Below, piece after piece: positions 38,986 to 52,166 of a stretch of 64,000 nt of DNA. Under the pieces are notes generated by a model. It was given only the letters and a program-made list of their open reading frames with translations, searched no databases and was not told the origin of the DNA. Within the stretch, counting starts at the first letter, position 1, and every line of letters begins with the position of its first letter. The stretch is from Octopus sinensis (taxonomy: Eukaryota), in the NCBI RefSeq assembly GCF_006345805.1, contig NC_042997.1:83948001-84012000 (forward strand), given 5' to 3'. A program made the position numbers and the translations under genes.

Positions 38986-39570
38986 GTGTAGTTGTTAGGG
39001 TATTTGGCTCAGAATCGTAAGGCCATGAGTTCAATTTCAGGCAGCATGTTGTGTCCTTGAACAAGACACTTTATTTCACATTGCTCCAGTTCACCCAACT
39101 GGCAAAAATGAGCAGTACCTGTATTTCAAAGGGCCAGTTTTGTCACACTCTGTGTCATGCTGAATCTCCTTGAGAACTATGTTAAGGATATGCATGTCTG
39201 CGGAGTGCTCAGCTACTTGCATGTTAAGTATCAGAAGCAGGTTGACTGGATGAACTGGAACCCTCATCATCGTAACCAACAGACTGCCAGTTATATATAT
39301 AACTGGCACTCTGTTGGTTCTGATGACGAGGGTTCCAGTTGATCCAATCAACGGAACAGCCTGCATGTTAAATTAATGTGCAAGTGCCTGAGCATACCAT
39401 GGACACGTGTACCCTTAATATAGTTCTCAGGGAGATTCAGTGTGACACAGTGTATGACAAAGCTGCTCCTTCGAAATGTGAAATGAAGTGTCTTGCTCAA
39501 GGGCAAAATGCATTGTCAGCAATTCAACTTACAACCTCATGATTGTGAGCTGAATACCTTAACCACGCAT
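38986..39570. mobile_element. Tail-to-tail inverted pair of older family-C-like SINEs
   Basis: Plus copy 38986-39290 and minus copy 39303-39570; junction is a perfect 24-bp palindrome at 39285-39308. Confidence 0.85.
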
Positions 39571-39755
39571 CTTTACAATTATATAATTATACATATGTAT
39601 ATATATAAGTAGTTGAATGAATTATCCTAGTATGGATAATTTGGTTAACCGATACCTGGGTAGCAAATTCACGTCAGAAAAACACGGTTGAAGCTACATG
39701 CCAAGGGCAGAGATCACGTGCTTTCGTGTGGAAATTTGTGTGTTTTTTAATACAA

Positions 39756-39833
39756 ATAAATGAAAGAATGGAGTTGAACGACGATTTAAAAAAATTTTGT
39801 TAAATCGTCGTTCAACTCCATTCTTTCATTTAT
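39756..39833. repeat. 78-bp near-perfect palindrome
   Basis: ataaatgaaagaatggagttgaacgacgatttaa a aaaa|tttt g ttaaatcgtcgttcaactccattctttcatttat; one mismatch (39790/39799). Confidence 0.95.
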
Positions 39834-40150
39834 ATGTATGCATATATATATATATATAATATATATATATATATACATACATATACATGTATATATATAT
39901 ACATATATATGGTGTGTTATGAGAATTTATGGAAAGGTATCCCATAGAAACTCAACAAATGTGTTAATATGGAAGAGAAATATAGATGGAGTAAAGGAAG
40001 AGAAAAATATAGATCGTGGCAAGTGCCAAAGCATATCCTTGAGGTTCAAATGCCATATTATAAGTAGCAGTGTATTGTGAAGGAAGTGCAGAGGGGGAGG
40101 AGAGAGTTGCAAAAACCTGGGTATATATAGGGTTAGGGTGCTACCAAACA

Positions 40151-40558
40151 GCAATGATACAGAGGAACAAGGTCATGAGGTCAGGATAGGGGAGTGAGAA
40201 CTAGGCATAGTGTATGAAGCAGGAAATGTGAGGAAGAGAAGAGATGTAGAGATGTAGATTGGTTTGTTGAGGTAGGGTGAGTGAAAAGCATTCTTGTTAC
40301 ATGTGGGTGGAACACACAGGTCAGGGGCTAGCAGAAAGCAATAATAAAGTGAGACAGGTTGTGTAGGTGAAACACACCAGTCAGATGATAGCAGAGAGCA
40401 ATGATACAGTGGCACAAGGCCAAGAGAACAGGATTGGAGACTGGGAGAAAAGCATAGTGCATGAACTGGAAATGTGAGGAAGAGAAGAGATGCAGAGATG
40501 TAGTTTGGTTTGTTGTGGTAGGGTGTGTGAGTAGTTTCCTTGTTAAGTGTGGGTGGGA
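40151..40558. repeat. Purine-rich tandem duplication (period about 247 bp) with roughly 62-bp subrepeats
   Basis: gcaatgatacag at 40151 and 40398; ggaaatgtgaggaagagaagagatg in both copies. Confidence 0.8.
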
Positions 40559-40708
40559 TGCACAACACTTCTAGAACTCAGTTTCACTGATGTGGGCAGG
40601 TCTTCTCTAGAACTTCATATTGCCAGACATCTCGGTCCATTGTCATTTCTTTTGTGAGGCTCAACACACATACATAAAATGTACATATAAGATATATATA
40701 TATATATG

Positions 40709-40990
40709 TGCCCAGTGGTTAGGGCAGCGGACTCACAGTCGTAGGATCGCGGTTTCGATTCCCAGACTGGGCGTTGTGTATGTTTATTGAGCGAAAGCAC
40801 CTAAAAGCTCCACGAGGCTCCGGCAGGGGGTGGTGATCCCTGCTGTACTCTTTCACCACTCTTTCTTCTGTTGGCCTGCACACTTAGCCAGCGGGGTGGC
40901 GTCGTTCGAAGGCTAGAACTATGCGAACGCATTGTGACCAGCGATGTGTAGCAACATCTGATGGTCTGGTCGATCACATCATCACGTGAT
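40709..40990 (+). mobile_element. SINE family C variant with a different 3' tail, young
   Basis: Head nearly identical to 23444 up to gtactctttcaccac, then an unrelated tail (ggcctgcacacttagccagcgggg...). Confidence 0.85.
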
Positions 40991-41114
40991 ATATATATAT
41001 GTATATGTATATATATATGTATATGTATATATATATATGTATATGTATATATATATATGATATGTATATATATATATATGTATATGTATATATATATATG
41101 TATATGTTATATAT

Positions 41115-41164
<50 letters not shown>

Positions 41165-41199
41165 TATACATATATATACATATATATATATATATATAC

Positions 41200-41238
<39 letters not shown>

Positions 41239-41260
41239 CATATATATACACTTATGTACA
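40988..41260. repeat. Complex (TA)n/(TATG)n microsatellite
   Basis: Directly visible; source of several YIYI ORFs. Confidence 0.95.
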
Positions 41261-42082
41261 TCTATTTTTCTATATATCACATATATTTATAGACATGTCT
41301 ACATTTTTATCAATGTATATATAATAAATATCTGTATATATACACACAAACATACAAATATACTTACTTATATATACGTATATACATACATACACACACA
41401 CATGCATACATATACACATAGAAACACACACACATACATATAGATGACAGCATTAAAAATATAAAACATCTCTGACTTTTTGTATTAAACATAAGCTCAT
41501 TTATCACAGTAACGTTAGAATTGAATGACAGTAATGAAACAAATATCTGAAACAGACTTCCAGAATCTGTTCAGAACCCACCCTGATGGCTACCCTTCAC
41601 CTTGCTACTGATTTTAATATGTATCTTTCTATCACCACAAACAGATGCGTCATTGAGAAATCTAAATTATGGATATTTTAATAGCTAATTTTCATGAAAT
41701 TACAGGTTGTCAAACTTTGGAAAGAAACATTCATTCTGCAAAAAGGTTTTGTTTATTTTACATACATACATACATAAATACATACATACAAATATATATA
41801 TGTATTAAACACAGACTGCATTTTTTCCTGTATATATATCATACATACAAATAATGAAATGGTAATATAATTCTATGCCTGAGAATTCTTGGTTGAATGA
41901 AATTTCAAGAAAAATTTATTGAGATAAGTTTATTAGCAAAATTTATAGAATGATGGTGAAAAAATTTATATATGCACACATACACATGTACTATAATTAT
42001 TATTATGATTATTATCATTATTATTATTATACATAATCATATATATACATACATACACACATATATACACACACATACAGTC

Positions 42083-42125
<43 letters not shown>

Positions 42126-42690
42126 AATAAAAATGTAAATGAGTAGTATAAGATATGGATTCAGAGAATCATGCAGCTATCATAGTAAGCTCCTTTTACA
42201 GACTTGGTTATCAGTTCACATAGTAATCAATTATGAAGTAGTGCAATGTAAAGTGTTCTTGTAATTGAAAATTCAGAAAATACAAGCAATAAAATTGTTC
42301 TGTGAGGAATATATAAAAACAAAATCAGAATGTATGAAAATTTGCTTAAGGTAAGCATGAAAAAAGGTGGGGTTTCTTCAAAAACACCTACTCTTTGCTT
42401 TACTTGTCTCCTGAACTGGTGGCGATGACAAGCATTGCTTTCCCAACTAACCTTCTCTAGAAGGTTACACAACAGAAATTGTGAGGTATAATACACCTAT
42501 ATTTTGGGCTTCTTGCACAATTTATCCTATTAATCAATTCTTCATCTGCTGTCTGTCTGCCACTCTACCTATTCATCTCTTTATCATTGATTCAACTCCC
42601 ACTAATCCTCTTTCTTTTGTTTCAGAATACCATACAGCTTGTGTAACTAGTCAGCTTACTGACACACTCTCTGTATTCTATTGCCTGAAT

Positions 42691-43433
42691 AACTAGAAAA
42701 GCACTCAGAGAGCACAGACCTCTGCCAAGCAGCTCATTTCCACCCATATACATGCATGCTGAAAATCACCCAATTTCCTAAACCAACGCCAGCGAAAACA
42801 CAACCTCCTTGGCAGGGATAAAAAAAAAATAACACGGCCATATGATTTTAAGGAAAAAAAAACCCTCTAAAAACAGCAATCATCTGAAGCAGTTCACAAC
42901 TAACATCATCAGCAGCTTTGTCATTGCTTCCACTTCAACCACATTCACTGCCATCAATGTTATCACGACGGTTACCTTGACAGTCACTTTCACCACCATA
43001 ACCAGTATAATCACTACAATACCACCCTCACACAACTAACACTATCACCAACACCACTATTATCCGCATCACACATTACACTGCTCCTGTCGCCATTATA
43101 ACCACGGATACTATTTTATCCTCCTCTCATTCTTATCTCGACCAGCAATGCCACCATAGGTTACGTGGAAACGATGTGTTTTCAAGGGAGATAATCAAAG
43201 AACATAAAATTGTAATACTTCATGTAAAGTAAAGATAACAAATGAAAAATCCTTCAAGAATCCATAAAACTTCCCAGATCACTACCAAAATTTCATCATC
43301 TGTTCCTTGTGTCATTAACAACATTTCCTGCAAATTTCATCAAATACTGTTCAGAACTTTTTGAGTTATTTTGCACACAGACGGACAAACCAATGCCAAT
43401 GAAAACATAACCTCCTTCCTTGGCAGAGGTAAT
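42691..43433. mobile_element. Helentron/HINE-like element fragments (42691-42820, 43140-43433)
   Basis: Subterminal inverted motifs acctctgccaag / cttggcagaggt and end aaaacataacctcc...ttggcagaggtaat. Confidence 0.4.
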
Positions 43434-43504
43434 GAAGGATGGCACTGGAGATACCTGTACTCAATCCCTGTCACCATCATCACTGCCATTCTACACCATT
43501 GTCA

Positions 43505-43815
43505 CTGGCACTCTGTTGGTTATGACAATGAAGGTTCCAGTTGATAAAATAAATTGAACAGCCTGCTTGTGAAATTAATGTGAAAGTGGTTGAGCACCCA
43601 ACAGACATGTGTACTCTTAACACAGTTCTCAGGGTGATTCAACATGACACAGAGTGTGACAAGGCTCTTTGAAATACATGTACAGCTCATTTTTACCAGC
43701 TGAGTAGACTGGAGCAGTGTGAAATAAAGTGTCTTGCTCAATGACACAATACATTGCTGGGAATCAAACTCATAATCTTGTGATCGTAAGCTGGATACCC
43801 TAACCACTAAGCCAC
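43505..43815 (-). mobile_element. Older family-C-like SINE
   Basis: Homologous to 39303-39570. Confidence 0.75.
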
Positions 43816-44127
43816 ATGCTTTTTACTCTACGTAATTGTACCTTTCAGAATAATGGGTGATGGTTCTGGGCCTGTCTGCTACCATCCTTATTGCTATGGC
43901 TATTTTGTATAGTATACATATTATCTTGAGAAATCATTATTTCTTAAGCCTTTATTGTACTACATTGCAACATTTGTTGAAAGAATGTTCAGTGTATTAC
44001 ATGGGAGGTAAATGAATCCTAATACTCTTTAATAAGGCTGGCAGATGGTTCCATTTTAAGGTGATGTAGTAGAGTCTTTCATGTGTTTTCTATAAGGATG
44101 GTATTTGCTAGTGTTTAAATTCACAGA

Positions 44128-44390
44128 AGGTGCATGGTTTAGTGGTTAGGGTATTCAGCTCGTGATTGTAAGGTTGTTGATTCAATTCCTGGTGGCATGT
44201 TGTGTCCCTGAGCAAAACATTTTTTATTTCTCATTGCTCCAGTCTACTCACTAGGCAAAAACGAGAATTACATTAAGAGTACCTGTATCTGTGAAGTGTT
44301 CAGCCACTTTCATGTTAATTTCAAAGGAACGCTGTTCAGTTGATTGTACCAAATGGAACACTCATTGTTGTAACTGAAGGAGATCCAGGT
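44128..44390 (+). mobile_element. Older family-C-like SINE
   Basis: Head ggtgcatggtttagtggttagggtattc; core gtgtccctgagcaaaac...ttgctccagtc. Confidence 0.7.
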
Positions 44391-44473
44391 CAAATTTACA
44401 GTAATGTTTGACAAAAAAGAAAAAAAAGAAGAAAAGGACTATTTTAAAATTTGTATCTTATTTAATCTCTTAA

Positions 44474-44709
44474 CCCTTTGCCTGTCCCATTATTTACATG
44501 TGATACACTAGACATATTCCCCTAATGTCCATGAATCATAAAATACACACTCCTAATTTTTTTTTCAGTGACCAGAGTAATGTGGTACTTATGAAAGGAA
44601 AGCTTTATATTACTCAGAATGTATGAGACAAGCCGACTAAGTGTCTGAAAACAAGCATAGGTGTTTAAGGGTCAAACTTATAATTTTCATGCTTTGGATA
44701 GGTAAAGAG
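44474..44709. mobile_element. TTAA-flanked MITE, second family
   Basis: ttaa|ccctttgcctgtcc ... ggataggtaaagag|ttaa. Confidence 0.7.
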
Positions 44710-44843
44710 TTAAATCTAATTATGTAAACTGTTCATTTTCATTTAAAAATAGGTATCCATTCCACTTACAAGTTGGAGATTATCAAGAAAGAACATTAAT
44801 TAGTGTGAAACCTCACACCAACATGTAATATTTTCATAATGCC

Positions 44844-45311
44844 ATAAGGTGATGAACTGGCAGAATCATTACTTATTTCTTTATTGCCCCAAGGGGCTAA
44901 ACATAGAGGGGTCAAACAAGGACAGACAAAGGGATTAAGTCGATTACATTGGCCCCAGCACGTAACTGGTAGTTAATTTATTGATCCTGAAAGGATGAAA
45001 GGCAAAGTTGACCTTGGCGGAATTTGAACTCAGAACATAATGGCCAACGAAATACCGCTAAGCATTTTGCCCAATGTGCTAACGTTTCTGGCAGCTCGCC
45101 ACCGTTCAAAAGCAGAATCATTACTGTGGTGAGCAAAATGCATAGCAGCATTTCATCTGTCTTTGCATTATGTGCTCAAATTCCACCTATGTTGAATTTG
45201 CCTTTCATCCTTTGTAGGGCAATAAAATAAGTACCAGTTGAGCACTGGAGTTGATGTAATCAACTTACTCCCTCCCCTGGACTTGCTGGCTTTGTGCCAA
45301 AATTTGAAATC
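44844..45311. mobile_element. Nested SINEs: family A (-, 44874-45111) inside family A (+)
   Basis: Inner TSD gcagaatcattact (44860-44873, 45112-45125); outer TSD aatattttcataatgcc (44827-44843, 45312-45328). Confidence 0.9.
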
Positions 45312-48300
45312 AATATTTTCATAATGCCCCAGGAACAAACATCAAGTTCATATTAATTGAATCTGTAACTTATGAAGAATTTTATCTTAGTAAAATTCAT
45401 AGTTGGCTGAAATTGTAGACACCAACGAGTTACAATGTATTCTTAATATTCAATCACACATACACAAACACACACACAAAATTAATTTTTTATTATGAGG
45501 CCATACAGCTAAACCAGTAGAGTGGAATAGTATATATTAGGCAAATCTGAAGACCAGTGTCTTCATTGGTTCAATAGTTCTTATCATGATGACACCTTTT
45601 AGAGTTTCACAGCTTACAGAGTATGCAGCACATTTTATCCTACATTGGATACTTTCAATATAGCTAATAACTAATAAACATAGAATATTAGTTTGTAGAA
45701 CTTCACATATCACAAAATTAATATTTATCCAGAAAGGATAGAAATTTGATACACAAAGTGTATTTTAGAGGAGTAGGTGTGGTTGTGTGGTTAAGAAGCT
45801 CACTTTGCAAGTTTTAGGTTCAGTTTCACAGCACAGTACAGTGAATGTGTATTTTTGCCTACTAAAGCTCCTGTCCAATGCCTTGTTAGTGAATTTGGCA
45901 AACAGAAACTATGCAAAAACAGCCTGTCAGATATATTTCTTTTATTTGTTCACCAATGAAGGCATGTAGCTTAGTGGTTAGGATGTTGGACTCATGACTG
46001 AAAGACTGTGGTTTCAATTTCTGGAGTGGGTGATGTATTGTGCTCTTGAGCAAAATACTTCATTTCATATTGCTCTAGTCCACTCAGCTGGCAAAAAGGA
46101 GTAATCCTGTGACAGTCCAGTGTCTTGTCCAGCGGAGAGTATTATATGCCATAATATCCAGGAAACCACCAATGAGTCTCTATGATTAGGAAAGGAACTT
46201 TATCTTTTATCTATCTATTCATTTAAGTGAGTGTGTGCGTGTTTGATCAACCAAACCATTTGACAAATGGTGGTTGGTTTCTTTAAACTCCTATAACTTA
46301 TAAGCTTGGCAAAAAGAAACTGATAGATTAAGTACCATATTCAACAAGTACCAGGGTCAATTTAAGGTGGTGCCCCAAATATTGCTGCAGGCCAATGACT
46401 TAAACCAGTAAAAAAGCAAAAGTGTAAGTCTAGAAAACAGTTATGTGGATGGAAAGGAAATAATATTTCATTTTAATATAGAAATAAGAATGTCTGCTTT
46501 GTTTTGTTCTTGTCATATTTTCTGTTCTATTACCTAAAGATATAGAACAATACACAGCAAATCATCTTAGAAAGAATGCAATCCATTATATTATAAATAT
46601 AGTGCTTTCTCTAAGAGGTAGAGTAGATATTAAGTACATTATTCAGATAACACTTCAATTTAGATAAACATTTGACTTGAGTATTGATTTTGAGTTTTGC
46701 AAAAATTAGTTGAGAAAGTTTATTATTATGGTGGTATTTACTCTGACAAAATGCCAACTTAAAATATATTGTAGTTTTCTGATGCTAAATCTATTTACAT
46801 TGAAAAGGAAATATTTGAAATGTTATAGAACTTTATATAATAATAATCAGGAGTGCTGAGAGTAAAGTTAGTATAACACACAGAGAGGTGATGAGAACAG
46901 TGTGAAAACAAAACCAGCACATAAATACAGAAACAAATTAGTGTGTGTTTGTGTGTGTGTCTAAAGTGATGAAGAAAGTGTTAGTAATTGATGGCAATGA
47001 ATAACTAAAGCTATGACTAGCCTTTCTCATTTTAGATTAAGGACTGTGGAAGTTGCAACATTCATTCATCTCTTCTTCAAGAGCATGATGTAAAAGCTAC
47101 AGCTAGATATTATACAGGGTTTGCAAACTCAGTTCACTATAGATTTTACTACCTCCATTGTAGGACTTTAGTAGTCAGTAATAAAATGAGAGGTGAGCAT
47201 TTGGGATTACTAGAAGACAGGATAAGCAAAGGAATCCATTTAACAAATGACCTCATAGAGGTATGGATGTAAAACTGATAAGAATGATTTTGATGATAGC
47301 CTGATAATCATGACAAGGATGAAACTGAAGATGTTAGAATCTAAATGGCCATCACCTAAGGAAGAGAACTGTTCATGTTGCCAAGTGAAAGCAGGAAATG
47401 AAGCAAATAAAATGTGGGAGGAAAGGAGATGAGTGACAGAAGGATAATGATGATGATCACAAGAAAGAGGATGTAGCTGAGGAAAAGAATGTTGAGTTGA
47501 TGAAGGCAATTACTCTCATGGTAACATTTATGGCAATAAAAGGATAACAAGTGTTACAGGTGATGAGAATTTGATAATAATAATATGATATGTAGAGTTC
47601 GTGGCACAAAATAAGATAATTGCAGCGACAACATTTATTGCTGTTTAGCTCCAGGTCAATTCTGATCCAAACGGACCTATGGTCAAGAACTGATAAAGTC
47701 CCCAACCACCTCCTTTGATAATCATACAGGCAGCCTGTCGTCGCCGCCACCACCACCATCACCACCACCACTACCACCAACATCATCATTTTAACCTCCA
47801 GTATAATAAAGTGGATGGGTCTGGGATGTGGTATCCATATGCATATTTGTTTGATTAGGTTAGGGATCTTACAACTGTATGGCCTTATTACAAAACTGTC
47901 ACTAGCAAAGTGAACTGGATGGATTTATTACAGAGAACCAGCAAAAAGTAGCTGTTTTACAGGATTAAGAAAACCTTCTCAACTCTATATTAAATTTCAT
48001 TTTAAAGTATCTTTCTCTAGGGAGTCATGAAGCTTCTTTTAATTACATTTACAGCAGTATATTGTCAACATCATGACTGCTGTTAACAATATGATGATAG
48101 AAGGTAACAATGAGAACACTGGTGGTGGAGATGATGATAATGACAACCACCATCACTGCTACAACCACAATTAGTAATACAGTGTTGTTTTCTAGACCAG
48201 AAAGCAGCCTTGCATATTGAGTGCAAACACTGTACATTCTGTATTATAATCTTTTATAATCACAAGTATCCATTCATAGGTGATCAGATTTATTAGCTTC

Positions 48301-49351
48301 AAGAGAAATAGGCATTAGTGAAGTAAATGAAAAAAAAAAGCTACCAGTGGGAATCAAACTGATGTCATGAACTGAATTTGTTAAGAGCTCACCACGAATG
48401 CTATAGGGAAAAAGAATTTTTATGTAATTTTTAGTTTCATATGATGTATTTTATGAGCAATAACATTGTTGCTCCTATGTTTCTGATGGGCCATGAGAGA
48501 GCAACTTCACATGAATAAATACCACATGGTTTGAAAGCACCAGTTCATGATTTTTCTTGCTAACGTCATTGTCATTATCATCGTTTGACATCTGGACAGT
48601 TTGACATGGAGGTGGCTAGTATGGTTTCTATGGCTGGATGACCTTCCTAACACCACTCACTGAGCAGAATGTGCTCAATGCTTTTTACATGCCACTGGCC
48701 GAGGTGTGTTTATGCAGCACCAACATGGGTGCATTAATGCAGCACCGGCACAGGTGCCTGAGAAGACAAGCCAGTATGTGTATGCATTGTTTTGCTAATA
48801 TTACCTGAAATGCATAAAAACATGTACACACATAAATACACTTACACCCATTGCATGTCCACCACCACCACCACCACCACCACTCACAAGCACAATGAGA
48901 TTTTGCCCGAGGAGAATAGCTGGTGAGACATAATACCTTATGAACAAGATGGGGATTCCTTCACTAGGTGAGAAAGGAACAAAAGAGTCTCAACAAGGGA
49001 GCTTGCCCTTCTAGAAATATCACCTAAATTTCTTTTATGTCTTGAAAGTTATGATACTGAAGACTACATTAGATAATGTAGTTTTAGATATATGTTCTCT
49101 CAAGAAAAAAACAAAAAGGTGAGATTGAGATAGTTCTTGCTGGAATTTTCCAACAACAGGTTTAAACAACTATGGCTAATCTGAGGTTAAATAAAATGAC
49201 AACCCCATAAATCCTATTGAAGCTTTGTGCATGATTACATCTTGTTCAGATTTAATCTGGCTTTTAAATCTGGTACCCTTTTTATGTAAATCATTTAGAA
49301 AACTGCTTGTTTTGAAGACACCATATTAAGAAATGTCATTACAATCAGATA

Positions 49352-50124
49352 TCTATAAATATAAAACTTAACTTGTGTGTCTGTGTGTGTATCTGTGTGC
49401 TTAACTTCCCGGTACATCTCCTCCTAGCCAACAAATCGTAGAACCACCAAAAATAGGTCACTTAAAGTTTGGGGGAATGAAAATTGAACTGCGCTATTTC
49501 TGTTCCGAAATTCATCTCGCAAGTGCAAAAATCGATAATGTGTTTGTTTAGGCCTTATCCCATGCATTGAGTAGTGATCTTTACTCAGTCAGCTGTTTGA
49601 CTTGAACTGTGTTCACCACGCATGCAAGCATGCGTAAATTTCATGAAAAATAAAACATCAAGATATAAAAACGAATCACCGTAAATATTGTAGAAATTCA
49701 GCAAAGAAATGAATTTTTGGGATGTAGCCTGGAGGGTTTTTTCATATTAATCGCTTGGACTTTGTGAACACATACCAATTATCTATATATATATAAAGCT
49801 GAAGTTGTCTGTGTATAGCAGGTTTGGTAGCCTTCAACTAACACTATTTCCTCCGAGACCCTGAGGCGCAAGTTGACCAAAATTGAGTGTATGATAGAAG
49901 AAGGCTTGCTCTTCCTTCTGTAGGAGAAAAAATTCAAATTGGGTCATGTTAACACCAAAAATTATTTACACCAAAAAGGTGCTTTTTTTCTATGAAAATC
50001 CCTATTTTTTTACGATTTTTTGACTGTCGCCATGTTCACTTAAAGAGAATAACAAGCTACATAATGCAAAATTTTTACTTTTCAAAAATTCCAATTCTAA
50101 AGCAACGCCGGGTGATACTGCTAG
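49352..50124 (+). mobile_element. Non-autonomous Helitron with two 5' ends (49352 and 49782)
   Basis: a|TCtataaatataaaac... and a|TCtatatatatataaagc...; 3' end gcaacgccgggtgatactgCTAG|t. Confidence 0.8.
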
Positions 50125-50227
50125 TATATAAATATTTCACATAATAATTTTGTGAAACAAGCCTCATTTGGTCTGGTTTTCTCAACAAGAAAATTATTAA
50201 GCCAGTATTTTACAAATGAAGTAATAT

Positions 50228-50440
50228 CAGTTTCAAATTTTGGCACAAGGCCAGCACTTTCAGGGGTGGGTGTTGAATATATAGACCCCCAGTGCTCAAC
50301 TGGTACTTATTTTATCAACCCCAAAAGGATGAAAGCAAAGTAGACCTCAGTAGAATTTGAACTCAAAATATAAAGATGGTTGAAATGCTGCTAAGCATTT
50401 TGCCCAGCATGCTAACAAATTCTAACAGCTCACTGCATTA
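50228..50440 (-). mobile_element. SINE family A
   Basis: Full core. Confidence 0.8.
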
Positions 50441-50599
50441 AAATTCCTGTGAAATATTTACAGTCAGGAGATGCAGTCCACCAGTGATTGGTGAATAAGC
50501 AACAATACCACTGATCATGAAATGTCATATCAAATAGAAAAAAAAATACATACTATCTGCTTATTGTACTGAGACAGGTTGTTATATAATTAAATTATA

Positions 50600-50905
50600 T
50601 TTTCAGACAGTAAAATATGCTGTAAGAAGAGGGAAGCATCTATCTTTCCCATTTCAGCAGAGAATCATAATGTAACATCTATATGCCTATTTAACTGAAC
50701 TGCGGGAGAAAATATCTCCACAACTCCAATCAATTTCAGTCTTCAGCTATATTTTCTTCATAGGAGATTTTTTTCACACTGAGTTTAAACAACTTCTTTC
50801 AGTTCTTAACAAAACCAATCTATTGCAAAGTTGAATAAATTCCTCAACAGATTTTGACCAATATCAGGAGTATCCTTAAGTATTGGAGCCAGTATTTCAA
50901 ACATT
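50600..50905 (-). mobile_element. Decayed RTE-like reverse-transcriptase relic
   Basis: FEI...GQNLLRNLFNFAIDWFC*...ENIAED resembles QG..LSP.LFN.A.DW...FADD; several in-frame stops. Confidence 0.45.
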
Positions 50906-51952
50906 ACTCACTATCAAATCTAATACAAAAAAGCAAGGTTTGAACTAATTTGAAACCTAATTAAAGTAACGTTAACTCCTCTATGATATATATCTACCTG
51001 TATATCACAGGCTTTAAATACCTCTATATCTAACTCAATTTTCTTCACTCGAATAAGCTGACAAATAAATTACCATTTTAGAGTGGAATGGTTAATATCA
51101 AACAGAGACATTCAATCACAAAACATCAGTTGTAACATTTTGTGAAAAATGTCTAAATTTCTAGGACTAGTCAAGTTGTATGGGGGGAAGTACTGTAGGT
51201 TAGTTTACTAGCCACCAGAGATTGCAGAGATCTGTTTCCAGTTAAACCATTTCCCTCTTCTATCCATCCATAATCAATAACCTAGTGAAGTATAGGTAGA
51301 GTCAGGTTGACTTGCCCTTGTTATATTAAACAGAGTGAAGTAAACTACACTAGTGGCATGTAGTAGAAGTAAGTAAAACATTTGTAATTAGATATCATAA
51401 ATAATATTATGGACTTCCTAAGATGTTTAAGCTGCTGATATGTTATCACCATCACCACCATCTCAAGGGCACATCATTTAATAGATACATTCAATTTCCA
51501 TGTTGATTATGTTTGCATAAAGGTTTCACTTTTTTTCTTCTTCCACCCCCGCCTCAAATCACTTATTTTCATTCATAATATAACATCAATGAACATGCTT
51601 CACCACTGAGCACAATAACAAACAAACTAAAAAAATGAATTATAAAAAGAGAAACGAATGTGCAGACTACTCACTGCTATATAAATAATTACAACTTGTG
51701 TAATAAAAAAAAAAAGACTGATGTATTAATTGGTGATTGCTTGAATAGCATGTACACAGAAATACATTTCAAAACCAAACAGATGGTGTGGTTTTACTGC
51801 TCCAGAGATAACTGTTATTGATCAAAATAATTGGAGGATTGAGTTAAGTGGTTCAATAGGTTAATTGTGGTTAATTAAATTCAATTTTCAGTGATCATTT
51901 CTATCACACAACTAATATACACTATTGTTACAACACTTTATATATGTACATA

Positions 51953-52166
51953 TGAGGAGGTGTTGAAAAGTTACTGACTTTAAGGGTATCAAAAAAGCCT
52001 GGTTGGAGGCTCAACCTTCCAAATTCTTTTACAGGGCTTAGAAAAACTGAAGAACTGCTGCAATAAGTGTGTGAATCTGAAATGGAAATATGTTGAATAA
52101 AATCATAATAAACTGATCCTCCTGTATCTTCCTTTCCCAAACCCAGGAACTTTTCCGCACCTTCAC
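51953..52166 (+). mobile_element. Mariner-derived MITE
   Basis: TIRs tgaggaggtgttgaaaagtt / aacttttccgcaccttca; internal GLEKLKNCCNKCVNLKWKYVE* matches a mariner C-terminus. Confidence 0.75.

Noticed and set aside
40961-41443. YIYI-type ORFs (also at 332, 1756, 18975, 26451, 29112 and elsewhere)
   Set aside because: (TA)n and (CA)n tracts translate without stops.
50600-50905. Possible alternative genetic code (TAA read as Gln) in a protein-like relic
   Set aside because: All three stop codons occur; ordinary decay of an RT explains it.
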